This document shows positions 35,724-48,381 of a stretch of 64,000 nt of DNA, piece by piece; position 1 is the first letter of the stretch; every line of letters starts with the position of its first letter. This DNA is from Amphiscolops sp. MND2022 (taxonomy: Eukaryota). Under the pieces are notes generated by a model that was not told where the DNA came from, made no database searches, and saw nothing but the letters and a program-made list of their open reading frames with translations. Both the position numbers and the translations under genes were made by a program. The DNA is taken from contig OZ076409.1 of the NCBI GenBank assembly GCA_964187785.1, positions 8,124,001 to 8,188,000 of the forward strand, given 5' to 3'.

Positions 35724-38700
35724 ATGAGTCAAAAGAACGAAAACAACTCCGCGGAATCCAATAGCAGAAACTCTTCAAGTGAAGAATCTGGAGACAAAAA
35801 AGGACGGACAACAACACACCAAAAAATGATACTACCAATATTCGAGAAGAAAACCATACAAGAAGCGAAACTATGGTGGCGACGATTTACTCAGTATGTC
35901 AAAATGACCCAGAAAATAGACTTGAATACAATGACAACAGACAAAGAGATATTGGAAGAATATCGAGAAGAACTGGAGAAAAAAATAAAAGACATTTTTA
36001 TCTGGGCATTGGGAGAGGAAGCCGTTACAGAAACGACAAAAACGGTGAGAGACAACGATCCAAACAAAATGAACATCAACCGACTCTACATATTATTTTG
36101 CCTCCACTTCATACCAGAAAGAAACAAATTCCACAGCCGGGCAGATTTTTTCGGAATAACGAGAGAACCGAATGAGACGGCTGAAGACGTTTGGACACGA
36201 ATATTGCAGACCGAGAAAAACTGCGAATTTGACAACGTTACCGCAGCCGAACTTATCGCATCGAAATTCCTATCTTTAATCGGGAGATCAACGGGAGACT
36301 ACGAACTCAAAAAGAAAATCCGGAAAAGTAACATTACCATTGAAACGATAACCGATCTAATACATGAATATATGTATGACCGGTTAAACGACTCAAACAA
36401 TTCTACTGACGGAAGGAACATAAAACATGTACAAGAAAGGCCGAGAAAAAGAAAATGGTCAGAGAAGACCAGTTACGACAAAAACAAAAAACGACCGGAG
36501 TATCAAAAACCAAGATACAAAGATAACCGGTGCGGACAATGCGGAGCACCTAACTGGTCCAGACAACACATATGCCCAGCCAAATCGGTAGATTGCCGAA
36601 ATTGCAAAAAGAGGGGGCATTACGAAAAAATGTGTAGACTTCCAAAAAGAATACAACATGTGGATAAAGTATCATCATCAGCAGAAGAAGACAACTGGGA
36701 CTACAATAAAATACAAAGAATAAACAACAACAAAAAGAACGGAGAGTATCTACACGCAACACTATTGGTTAACAACGCACCAATAAAATTTATAATAGAC
36801 AGCGGGTCCCCAGTAACTTTGATACCACAACGCTTATTTAACAAAATTACTGAAGTGGAAGAACTCAAAACCAATTACAAAGACGTAAACGACAACAAGA
36901 TCGATTTCCTGGGACAAACAAAAGCACTGGTGAAAACCAACAGTACAACACTTCAGCTGCCACTATTAATTACAAAAACAAACATTACACCGTTAAGGGG
37001 ACTAGATTGGATGAAACTGCTTGGAATAACAGTAAACACAACAACCGACGATATCAAAATACACAACATCAAAATGGACGAAACCGAAAAGAAGATCCTC
37101 AAACTGAAGAACGAATTTGAAGATCTGTTTTACAACAACACGGAAATAAAAGACTTGGAAGTAAAAATCGACCTGAAAGAAGACGCAAAAATAATACAGC
37201 AAAAGGGAAGACCAGTACCAATTCACCTTCAAAATCAAGTAGCGGAAGAAATAAAAAGACTAATCAAAAACGGATACTTGGAAAGGGACACAGAAATAAC
37301 CGAAGATTGTTTCGTGAGCCCGGCAGTCATCACGGTGAAGAAAGACAAATCAATAAAAATTGCACTGGATTCAAGAAAATTAAACGAAGCAACAATTAAA
37401 AAGAAAGCACAAATGCCGAACATGGAAGAGCTAATATCCAGAATATCACGGAAGATATCGGAAGAACAAGAAGGAGAAATATGGATAACAAAACTAGATT
37501 TCGATTATGCTTACGGTCTAATCAAATTGAACGAAAATACAAGAAATCTATGTATTTTCACCGTTACAGGCGGAGAATTTACGGGATACTACCGTTTCTT
37601 GAAAGGCTTTTACGGACTGGCGGACATCCCAACAATTTTCCAGGAACGGAAAGACAGAACACTGGAATTCGAACACCCCGCTTGGCTAGATGACATCATA
37701 ATCGTAACCAAAGGAACAATAGAGAAACACGAGTCGGAAGTAAAAGAAACAATGAAAAAATTAGACGAAGCAGGATATAGACTACACCCGAAGAAATGCG
37801 AATTTTTCAAGAAAGAGGCCGAATGGGTGGGACACCAAATAAACCAAGACGGCATCAGACCACTACAAGACAAATTGGAAGTGATAACAAAAATAAACAT
37901 ACCAAAAAACGAAAAAGAACTAAAATCCTTCCTGGGAGCAAAACAATATCTGTCAAAGTACATCAAAAATTTATCAGCACAGACAGATATACTCAGAAAA
38001 CTACTGAAAAAACAAAACGAATGGATCTGGACAGAAGAACACACAGAAGCGTTCAACAATTTAAAGAAATTAATCACCCAATTGCCATGTCTAGCGCACT
38101 ACAACTCGAATAAAGAAAATATCCTAACAACCGACGCAAGTACAAAGGGACTAGGCGCTACACTGTGGCAAAAACAAAAAGACGGAAATCTGAAACCGGT
38201 TGGCTTTGCAAGCAGATTTTTATCGGACACCGAGAAAAAATATGCGATAAACGAGCTAGAGCTACTAGCAGTAGTGTGGGGACTGGAGCATTTTCGCTTA
38301 TATGTTTATGGAAAACCAATTGAGTTACTAACCGATCACCAAGCGCTGGATCCACTAATTAAACGAAACAGATCAAATAAAACTTATAGCGCAAGATTAA
38401 CAAGATGGTTGGATCGATTAGCACACTTTGATATAAACATAAAGCACATTGCTGGCAAGCATCTGAAATTGACGGATTATTTGAGTAGAAACCCGATTTC
38501 AAAGCCGGAGTCAATTGAGAATTACGACGAAGAATACGTAATTAATTGCGTAATACCCTTACTGGAGTTCATTAACACACACGGTAGCATCACCGACGAA
38601 AAGAAAGTAGAAGCACAAACGGACGAAGTAGCAGCGTCAGCTAACAACCAATCACAAACAAGAAGCGTGAACAAAATACAACTCAGCGAGTACGAACAAG

Positions 38701-41003
38701 ACAAACAGTGGTCATTGAAATCCTCAAAAAGCAAGTACGCTCAAATACAGCTGACACAAACCAAACCGTACAAAACAGAATGGATATTAAAACGATCGAA
38801 TCTATCGAAAAGGTCGACCCATCGGAAGAAACACTGAGATTAACAACAAGATGGAAGGAGATAACAAAACCAGGCGACTACAGATTCACGCAGGGACAAT
38901 GGAAAAAATACAACCTATCCAGAGCACTGCGGGCAGAAGTTGAGCTGTGGCAGAAAAGAAACAAATTACTATGGAAACGAATGGAAAATAACAGCAGAGA
39001 GACAGAAGAAGAACTAGAGAGAAAAAGAGAATTCCATAGAGTCATCGAAAAAATCAGAGCGAAGCCAAAAAGGGACGATACCGGGACAAGCAGCAACACA
39101 CAACAATCACAAGAACAAGATGAAATAGAAACAATGGCATCGGACTCCGACCAAACAATCGCTGTACCGGCGATCAACTTCAAGAGATACCTGGGGGCAA
39201 CCAGTGTACGATATATACAAATGGGAACGGCGAGTAAAGTGCAATACAACGAAGAATGGGACTTAGAAGAAACCATTTGTCAGGCCGAACAAAAATTTTC
39301 AACCGATTCAAAAACAATCGCAGACAAACAACAAACGACGAAAAATTAAATAAAACACTAGTATGCCTGGAGAGGAGAAGTTACGAACAGATACCAGACG
39401 AATACAAGGAACACCACAAAAACATGTCGACACGATTCGGAGTAGTGTTCTCTAATGACAAAATAGTAATTCCGAAGCCACTACGAAAAACAGTCATCTT
39501 ATTACTACACAAAGGCCACCCCGCCAACAACAAGATGACACACGCAGCCAAACCCTTCTGGTGGCCAAAACTCAACAAAGACTTTCAGACGAAATGCAAC
39601 AAGTGCATTCACTGCAAAATGTCAGGTAGGAGTATAAAACCACAAATACCAATGACGGAGATAAATTACTTACCTCCGGTAGAAAAACCAAACGAGGAAA
39701 TCCAATTGGATTTCATCGGACCAATAAGATTCAAACACCGGCGATTTTATATACTGATATCTATTGACCGGTATAGCAGATGGCCGGCAGCCTGTATATG
39801 TGAAGCTCCTACAGGCAAAACAGCGAAAAATTTTTTACAACAGTACATACTACTGAACGGTATCCCACAAGTAATTAGAACAGATAAAGGAACCGCCTTT
39901 ACCGGAAAAGAATTTAGACAAATGTGTAAAAATCTACACATTAAACTAATATGGTACACCATATATACACACAGCCACGGGACTAGTAGAAAGGGGAATA
40001 AAAACACTGAAAGATTTAATGAGTACCAATTTAGAAGACAAATGCAACTTAAATGATGCTTTATTCCAGTCGCTGATGGTAATGCGAAAGACCATCCATT
40101 CAAAAACTAAAGAGACACCGTTTGAAAGACATTATGGTCGAAAGCCACGAACGGAACTAACCAGCCACTTAAACTTACCAACGGACAAAAATGATTATGT
40201 TTCAGCGCAACCGGAGACCCTACAAGTCTATTCGTTCAACAATGGGCGAGGAGGATATGATCAACTCATCATGAAAACCCCTCGAAAGCTGAAATGCGAT
40301 GTTAGTAATAACCTCCCATACAAATTCCTAGAGAAAAAACAAAATAAAAACAAATTTGAAAGTGAATACAATACAAATCCACAAATAGCAGTAGCTGAAA
40401 CCAAACACACAATAACGACGGACACAAATAAAATAATACACAAAAAACGGATAAGTAAACCATTACCAAACTCATTTCAGAACCCCCTATCAAGAAGAGG
40501 AGAAAACCGTTGAGGTACAGACGGAAGATTTGTCCAAACATCCATACAGTCAGACTCAGAAGACGAAGAAGAGGAAGAAGAAGAGACACAAACCGAGACC
40601 GATGAAAGGCGAGCAAGTACCCCAACGGCAGAAACATCAGTAGAGGGGATGGAAACCAGCCTCGATTTCACACCACCGATAGAAATCGGACGAGGAAGAA
40701 AAAAGACAATCAAGGAAAAAAAACCCGGGAGAAAACAACCTAAAATTCCACGTGGACAGAATGAGCGAAGAACAACAAGAGCAAGCAATGGAAGCAATAG
40801 CCGAGGACCCGACAACAATCACCATCGTCGACAACAACGGTAACGAAAATCAAAACCAAAACAACCAAAACCAAATAAAAACTGAAATAACGGAGTTACC
40901 AGATACAATTGAAACAAACAATACAAACATACAAACTAGAAAATCTTCTAGAATAAGAACGAATAATCCGATAATAAGATACGGAAATCCAGTAACATTC
41001 TGA
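35724..41003 (+). pseudogene. Mag-like gag-pol (1037-aa open gag-PR-RT-RH, then frameshifted integrase and tail)
   Basis: Two zinc knuckles (CGQCG...HICPA; CRNCKKRGHYEKMC), FIIDSGS protease, LDFDYAY and WLDD RT, TDASTKG/ELELLAV/TDH RNase H, H.GH..C..C, LDFIGP, TDKG integrase. Confidence 0.9.
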
Positions 41004-41278
41004 TATTTACAGGAAACACAGTTAAACGAATAAACAGCCAAGCCAGCGGAAACACACAATCAGACTGAGGAGGACCGGAAGAGAAAACAGGAGGAACGTG
41101 AGGAAACCAGTAGCATGGTATCGAGGCGAGAAGCACCGTCAAACCTTAAACAAGAAACTGAACGGACTCATTATCAACAATTGAGTTGATACAACCTTTT
41201 TGTTCATACATGTAATTTAAATTTGTGTTATAAAATACAGTTATCAATTATACTAGATAACTTCCTACCAGGGGGGAA

Positions 41279-41484
41279 TGTGACATGAATATAGTTGAAG
41301 GTCAATAGTAACGCAATGTTACATAATTCTTACTTACTCTATGACCTTTTATGTTAATTACATAACATACCTGCTAGTAACTCTAATGTCATCTGTAGTA
41401 GGATATAGTGAACACTATAACTTGATCTTACGTACAATACAGTATTACATTCCCCAAACTTCTTTATTCCATTGGTATACAACA
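41279..41484 (+). repeat. Mag-like element 3' LTR
   Basis: Preceded by PPT, followed by TSD TTTGT. Confidence 0.95.
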
Positions 41485-41960
41485 TTTGTAAACAAGACAC
41501 TGATAATATCTCACTTTCTCGGTCAATGATCCTCTCAATATGTAATCAAAGATTCATCAAAGAATGATCCGAACCTTCAGAAAAAGTCTAGACCTTTTTG
41601 CCAGTCATTCCATTCACACTTTTGGTGTGTGAAAGAAAGTTCTTGATTCCGAAGAAAGGAAGTCAGAGTGAATTACTGACAAGCTGTGTTTTGCCATGTT
41701 CAGAGTTGCTTTGAAACATTTGTTGACAAATATTTGAAACTTTGAGAGCTCAATCATTTTCATGCGTTCCATTTTTTATGGTTCACCTAGTGTTCTTTCC
41801 TGCTCAAGTCAAGAATCAAATATGAGTAAACAGGACGTCAAACTGGTTCTCGAAACGAAGTGTGAGTCTGGCTGTCAATTAAAATGTGCCAAAGGCGTTA
41901 TCAAAGTGCATGATGGAAAAATTATTTTTTGGAAGACGATTTCTTGTTTTGCATTCAAAG

Positions 41961-42064
41961 TATAGACCGTTTCAAAAAATTCGCGAGACTAGATACCAGT
42001 CACAATATGGGCTGCATATCGTATTGGGGTTTCGGTGGTCGCGAATTTTTTGAAACGGTCTATA
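41961..42064. mobile_element. Small MITE with perfect 26-bp inverted termini
   Basis: TATAGACCGTTTCAAAAAATTCGCGA ... TCGCGAATTTTTTGAAACGGTCTATA. Confidence 0.75.
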
Positions 42065-42252
42065 CAAGGCGAATTTGCCTCACGCTGTGAACCTTTTTTC
42101 TGAGCAAATGACTAGAGACTGAATGAAAGTTCGATTTTTAAAATCATTCTGTTGACATGTCAATTCTGAGAAAAATTCACAGGTACTGTTTTTTGCCAAT
42201 TATAAAATATAAGATGATTATATCCAGCAAATTTGAATAAATTAGTACTAGC

Positions 42253-42335
42253 CTGTCAGTTCTAAAGTGGCGGTATCCCCGGTCTTTGAGATTGGCGCAT
42301 TTCTGGTGTTTCGTCCACGAGTAAGGAAATTTGAA
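42253..42335 (-). CDS. CLCN6: CLCN6 exon 8 (FKFPYSWTKHQKCANLKDRGYRHFRTD(R))
   Basis: cgcAG acceptor; ends HFRTDR, leading into the KRDF exon; requires a GC donor (AG/GCTAGT). Confidence 0.75.
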
Positions 42336-42432
42336 CTGCGAACACGGTGAACGAATTTCATGCGGAGAACAATACAACTACAATTATTAGGGATTTAGGT
42401 TCAATTGAAAAATACAAGTAGATCTTTTTTAC

Positions 42433-42500
42433 CTGAGGCAATCCTGCAGCAACCACTGCTCCACTATGGATCATGGGTCCTTCTCTCCCGACAAACAAAC
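42433..42500 (-). CDS. CLCN6: CLCN6 exon 7 (GLFVGREGPMIHSGAVVAAGLPQ), contains the gating glutamate
   Basis: G(K/R)EGP signature; AG/GT borders. Confidence 0.95.
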
Positions 42501-43197
42501 CTGGGAAAAACATGCAATTCTCAAAGGCAAGAAATGAATGACACTTCTCGGACCATGATTCTTATTTCTCTCTGGTACACACCTGGCTTCCACCCATACC
42601 CCCCTCCCACAAGAAAAAAACGAAAACACGTTTATTCCTCAAAGTTCTTGCACGAATAAAAAATTATATGGTTACATATAGCCAAAATTTCACTCCTGAA
42701 ACAAGCTAAAATCGAATAGAAAGGCCCCAATTTCAACGCAAATTTTGTCCGCCATAAAATCTAATGAGCAACTTTCAACTGGCAGTCAATGTTAAAGGTT
42801 GGACTATGTCAAATCGAATCTTTTATTAGACCAAAGTTTCAACTCAAACAATGTCGACATAATGGTATTTGAACCTTCTGTCTTATACCTACAACCACCC
42901 CCCACCACCACCCCCGTGGCCGTTTGAGGGGGTTGAAGGTTAAGAAACATGGTCCCGCTTCTCTAATTGACTCCCTCTGACGACGTTCAGAAACAGTCCT
43001 TTCAATGATTCTTTCAATCACGATTTTTCAACATCCTTGAGTATGTTCCATTGGTAGACGTAAAAAAATCGAGAAAGAAGGGGTGTCGTACGAATTTAAC
43101 TACCGCTGAAACATTTCCTGTTTCGTGGTCACATGTAGGTATTGCTGGAAAAGATCGCTTTAAACCTGGTTTCGACGAAGAATTCAATCCGAAAAGA

Positions 43198-43610
43198 AAC
43201 CAGAGCCGCATGTGCGGCAAAGAGGGTTGCTTAGGTCGTTTTCCTTCTGACTCACTCGAGACCCAGCCATACAATTTTGATGAACTTGCACATATTGAGC
43301 CCTTATATGGTGTATAAAGACTCCATAAAAGTTCTTTCAAAGCGTAAAAAGTATTTGAGAACATAGAAAAAAGTACAAACATGGCCGTTTTTCGGCTATT
43401 TTTGGGCTAACTTTGGCTATGTTTCTCAAATTCCAGTAATACGATGCTGAAACCATTGCGCACGCTGGGAGCACCTTTGGGTGTAGAATGACTGCACAAA
43501 ATTTTATGGAAATCGTATGGGTTTTGAATAATTTGAAATTTTTATTGAAAGGTGGGTAGAAAAATGTACGATTGCATAAGTAGTCGAAAATATTTTGCGA
43601 CTCCTAAAAA
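43198..43610 (-). mobile_element. HINE-like family A copy (diverged)
   Basis: Same termini as 29799-30395. Confidence 0.6.
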
Positions 43611-43818
43611 GTTAGTGACTGTAATAGTGTGGCTTTGAATTAACTGAAATGCTTGCTATTCTTGACCCACTTTCGTGCATTTGATAATCCCATTGAGCAG
43701 CCAACTCAGTTGCTTTGCTTACTGATGGTTCAATCGTCATGACGTCTACTGAGCTTCGGTTACAGACAGTACCTGTTACTGTTGGTAATAGCAAACTTCA
43801 GATTTAAAACTTAGCTAT

Positions 43819-44171
43819 ACTAGGAGAACTAAAAAAAACGGAATGCACAAAACATCCACTCTTCAAAATCGTAATATTTGTAAACAACACACTGAGAATC
43901 TTTCACTTTCTCTGTCAATCATCCTCTCATTACGTAATCAAATCTCAAACAAAGAATGATCCGAACCTTCAGAAATAGCCTAGACGTCTTTACCAGTCAT
44001 TTAGTTCACACTTTTGATGTGTGAAAGTTTCTTGGCTTCGAAGAAAAGATATCTTGAATGACTGGCGAGCTGAATTGCATTGTTCAGAGTTGTTTTGAAA
44101 CTTTTGTTGACAAATATTTGAAACTTAAAGAGTGAAAAAACTTTTGTGCGTTCCGTTTTTTGTTCACCTAG
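43819..44171. mobile_element. Intact copy of the ACTAGG-TIR MITE
   Basis: ACTAGGAGAACtAAAAAAAACGGAATGCACAAAA ... TTTTGTGCGTTCCGTTTTTTGTTCACCTAGT. Confidence 0.7.
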
Positions 44172-44272
44172 TGTCTATTGATGTTTTAATCTACTTAGTT
44201 CTTAGTTGTACAAAGAAGATATTATTTTAGTATTCCTGTTTTATACCTAAAGTGTTAGGATACGACACTTAC

Positions 44273-44399
44273 CCCCCGCGACACTGAAGAGTACACCTGT
44301 GGCCTTGATCACCAGAGTCTTCAGCCGGGTCACATTGGGCATCTTGACCCCGTTTAGATAACATTTCACCTCCGGGATCCCAGATCCGGCTGCCAGAGG
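44273..44399 (-). CDS. CLCN6: CLCN6 exon 6 ([42 protein letters not shown])
   Basis: GSGIPE selectivity-filter signature; ttccAG/GTaagt. Confidence 0.96.
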
Positions 44400-45153
44400 C
44401 TGGAATATGACATGAAAACATGGCAGAACTGTATCAAATAAAATGTATTCGAACTATAACAGAATTCGAAAATTGGTTAGATTTTTCAAGATATAAAAAG
44501 CCTATATGACTACTATTTGGGTATACGTGGTGTACATTTAGGACACCCCTAGTCGAATCTGCCGGCAAGTTTTCCATGCTGCATTCATGCATGCAGGCTA
44601 ATTTTTTATAAAACATGGAAAATTCAGGGACCCTGCATGGAAAAATTTTGTAAAACTTCCAAGCAGTTTCTAAAATGCTTAAAGCATATCTATGCACTTT
44701 CAAAAAACTTCCAAGCATTTTACAGAATTTCTTATAAAAAAAGGAAGCAGCAAAACGAGGGCACCGAGCGACCTTTGACCTCCAAAAAACGTAGAAAACT
44801 TTTTCAAACGCTTCCTCTTCATCTCATGTACTTTCTCCTCTACACCTACTATAATAACCTTGATATTGAAAAACTTTTATTTCTTTCGATAATTATTCCA
44901 TTGTTTTCGATTGCAGAGAAACAATGATACAAAAACACTGAACATTCAGCTTCAATTTAAAAGGGACTTTTCGTCAGCACCGAATTTTGAAAGCGACGCC
45001 AAATTTTACTACTGTGTTGACAAAATGGATTGTTGAGTTAAAGCCCCGATGATATCCTTTATCGATTTTTTTCTCCAAATCTTTCAGAAGAATGGAAAAA
45101 AATTCTGGCAATTGAAGTGATAAGGATTTTGAAAATGTCTGCTACATTCCCCG

Positions 45154-45716
45154 TTTTTAGTCGGCGCTTCATGAAGTGAAACGCGACTATTATAGTGACT
45201 CTTTTTTTTTCAATCTACACGAACTGACCAAAATAGTTCTTAAAAGTTCTACGAAATATTATGGTGTCAAATTGAACCATTTGACCTAGCGAACGGAACC
45301 AAAATAGTTTTTACTTTTTTCCCGCGTAACATACAATACCGGGAGAGACTAAAGGGTCCCCCTTTCAGCTTTTTTCGGCATTGTGAGACTTTTTTCTAAC
45401 TTTTTTTCTGCCAAAGGGTCCCCTTCAATTTTTTGATGTTTTGCGGCAGCATACATGTTGAAAAAACCCAAACGGTCCCCTCTTCAATTTTGTTGATATT
45501 TGACAACAATGGATGTTAAAAAATCCAACAGGGTCCCCTTTTAGCGCGCCGGGGGCCCTCTAGCGGGACCCCAGCGTGTCAATTCGCCCCAACTTTCGTA
45601 CTGTTAAAGAAATTTGACACTTTCAGGTACTGCAAAACAATACTTGACACTTTGACGTCCACTTGCTATTTTTGAGCCTTCGATATGGCACCGACTTATG
45701 CCGATCCCGGCTTGTT
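45154..45716 (+). mobile_element. HINE-like family B copy
   Basis: TTTTTAGTCGGCGC 5' subterminal repeat; internal AAAGGGTCCCC subrepeats; 3' GCACCGACT plus GCCG..CGGC hairpin plus TTGTT. Confidence 0.65.
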
Positions 45717-45778
45717 TTAATTAACCAGAGAAGGTGTTGCTAGTTCACTGATGTGCTGAATTGGGAAAACCAACTTAC

Positions 45779-45885
45779 CTCGAAATAGGTGAGGAAGGTT
45801 GCAATGAACACAAAAGGCATGTTGAAGGCCAGCATGAGAAGCAAAGAGTAAGCCAGTTTTCCGTCTTTGGAGGTTTTGTCAACAG
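45779..45885 (-). CDS. CLCN6: CLCN6 exon 5 (SVDKTSKDGKLAYSLLLMLAFNMPFVFIATFLTYFE)
   Basis: TM helix segment matching CLC-6; AG/GTaag; phases 1 and 0. Confidence 0.88.
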
Positions 45886-47655
45886 CTAAAGACATGATAG
45901 GTTTTTTTCATAACAAATACAGCAATGGTTGGCAATCAATAGCAGTCCACCGATGATCACCGATGATCCACCGAAGTCCTACCGGTGGACCACTGAGGTG
46001 GCATCAGCAACTTTTGCGGTGGCCACCGTTGGACCACCCGTGGCCCACCGGTGGAAACATTTCATCTTGTATACAAAATATTGCAAATTGTATCGCGAAC
46101 ATGTAATCATTTCACTTGGCCTAGTGGTTTCCGAGAGTGTTTGGCTCGAGTGGGCACAAGTACTTGGGCTCGAGTACCGAGCTGGACCTTAACTTATCCA
46201 TTTTTGAAAAATAGACAAGGCCAGAGGATGATGTGCCCCCTTAGAGATTTTGACACTCTTTGAATTTGTTTTTAGATAAAATAGTCCAATTTACAACAGT
46301 GCTAACATAAAATCTGGAGTACATTCAGGAGTCCCTCTTTATTTTTATTTCATCTGATTTAGACCAAAAAGCTCGTTGAGTTTTGTTTAGCACAGTGAGA
46401 CTTCTTTGGAAAATATTTTCAACTCACCAGAGTTTTTTGCTTTCGTTTTTTAAAACTGCTTTAAAGTTTTGAAAAATCAAAAATACGTTTCTTTATGCTA
46501 GAAGGTGATTTTTTGGATATTTTGGACACTGTACAACTACTTTACAACCATTTAAAAAAATCACAGCAGGGTTTCATTTCCCATTTTTCGATGTTTCCAG
46601 CAAAGAAAGGACTTCTTCAGCCTGAAAGGTGTCCCTTTGGAAACATTTGCCATTCTAGGACTTTTCTCTACATTGTTATCCACCCTAGAGGCCAACAAGC
46701 ACGGGAGTTCGCAGCAACGCAGTGTCGAGTTTCTGTATTTTTCAATATGAACGATGATAATGCTTGTTTAGATGGAAAAAGCGCTATATCCGAATCAAAG
46801 AATTACATTCATTTTTATATAAAAGCTCTTTTCTGTTTTCCTCCACCGCCAAAATTTTTGATAGCAAATTTCCTTAAAACTTTGCCTTAAAAAGGTAAAA
46901 GTGAACCTTTTTTCATAACAGGAAGGTGACGTCTATAGAAAAGTTTTTTGTTTGAATAAAACATTGTTCACACATTTCAACTCTGACTATGTTCAAATTA
47001 TTTTATTCGAATTTTGTTACTAAAAACATGAAGCTGTTGATTTCTTTATCAACAATGCGTAATTTCATAGAGAAAAATTGTTTCTATCTCAATTCCAAAC
47101 AGTCACCTGGAGATACATTTAAAAGTGAAGGTTTCTGGTTTGTATTCAAATGTTTTTGTTGAAATTTCTCAACTAACTTTGCTCAAACATTTTGGTGATG
47201 GGGGCAGAAAAGAACCTATATAAATTTCACAAATAAGTAGGCCGGAGTGTGAATCTAGTCAATGCCGAACTTTCGTATCTTTTCAAATTGAGCCATTATA
47301 GTTTTTGAGGAAATAAAAACGCTGTTAGCTACAAAACTGCTCCATGTCCGACTCATTGCGGATTTTTTTGATATTCGTTTTTTGAATTTTATATATCGAA
47401 GGCCACTTTTCAATTTTTAGCAGAAACGAAACGCTTTGCGAGCACGGAGGACCTCGTTGAGTTTTTCCGAGCAGCTCATCGAAGAAACTTGTTTTGAAGA
47501 AACTTAAGGTTTTCTGTTAATTAAAACCGTTTTCTGAGTTTTAAAGGTGACCTTTTTGGTTATTTTAAGTCTTGTGAGACTGCTAAGCATTTTCTAAATA
47601 ATTTCACAAAAGACCTACTGTTAGGGTTTATGATATTTTCAGTTAAGAAGTCTTC

Positions 47656-48166
47656 TTAGTCGGCGTTTTCGAAGAAAATGCACGACTCTTACAGTGGCTA
47701 GTTGTTTTCGTCAGTTCAACGCGATCGATCCACTGTTTTGTTCATTTGTTCAACATCATCAACTTGACCTACGGACCTCCAAAACAAACTCGAAACGCCA
47801 GAACCTCGTCCATAACAAAAACATCGACGTACAGAACCTCGAAAACATAGGATGCCCCAAACCCTTTGGTGTTTTTCACTCGGATTTTTGTCGGCACAAT
47901 GCGACTTTTTTTTGAAGTTTTTTGGGTTCGTTTGTTCCGATATTTTACAACACAATGGATCTCAAAAAATCCCAAAGGGTCCCCCATTTTACATTTTTCG
48001 GCACTGTGACACTGTTCAAAATCTCATTTAAAAAATTTTGAGATCTCCCAAAGGTCCCCCTTTATTTTTTTTCATATTTTGCAACGAACTGGATTTTCCC
48101 AAAGGGTCCCCCTTTTACAATTTTGAGCCTTAGATATAGCGCCGACTTTGGCCGTTCCCGGTTTGT
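47656..48166 (+). mobile_element. HINE-like family B copy
   Basis: TTAGTCGGCG start; GCGCCGACT-hairpin-TTGTT end. Confidence 0.6.
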
Positions 48167-48314
48167 TTTTACCTTGAAAGGCCCCTTGGAATGTTTCTGT
48201 TGTCGGAGAAAACGAAAAACATCGCAGTGCCATTACGTCTCTTGTTCCAGTGACGACAGTACTGCACTGCAGTCAAATGAGTATACTGGAGTAATTGACT
48301 TTCAAAGTACTCAC

Positions 48315-48381
48315 AGTCTGAAACGTTGTCGAACTTTGCGTCCATGAGATGTTCAACGACAACGTCAATTGCCATGCCCAC
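48315..48381 (-). CDS. CLCN6: CLCN6 exon 4 (VGMAIDVVVEHLMDAKFDNVSD)
   Basis: ttttAG/GTgagt; phase-compatible; matches CLC-6 'VG...D..V......KF..V'. Confidence 0.85.

Larger units (their letters stand above)
35505..41484 (+). mobile_element. Ty3/Gypsy LTR retrotransposon, Mag-clade-like, 5,980 bp
   Basis: 206-bp TG...CA LTRs (3 substitutions), 5-bp TSD TTTGT, PBS TGGCGCAGTC (tRNA-Ser-type), PPT AGGGGGGAA. Confidence 0.95.
35445..41791. mobile_element. MITE (ACTAGGTGAAC...GTTCACCTAGT TIRs) split by the Mag-like Gypsy insertion
   Basis: Halves 35445-35504 and 41485-41791 join to match the intact copy at 43819-44171. Confidence 0.75.

Noticed and set aside
46105..46190. tRNA gene (TGGCCTAGTGG ... 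GGCTCGAGTACC)
   Set aside because: Only degenerate A/B boxes with no cloverleaf; at most a SINE remnant
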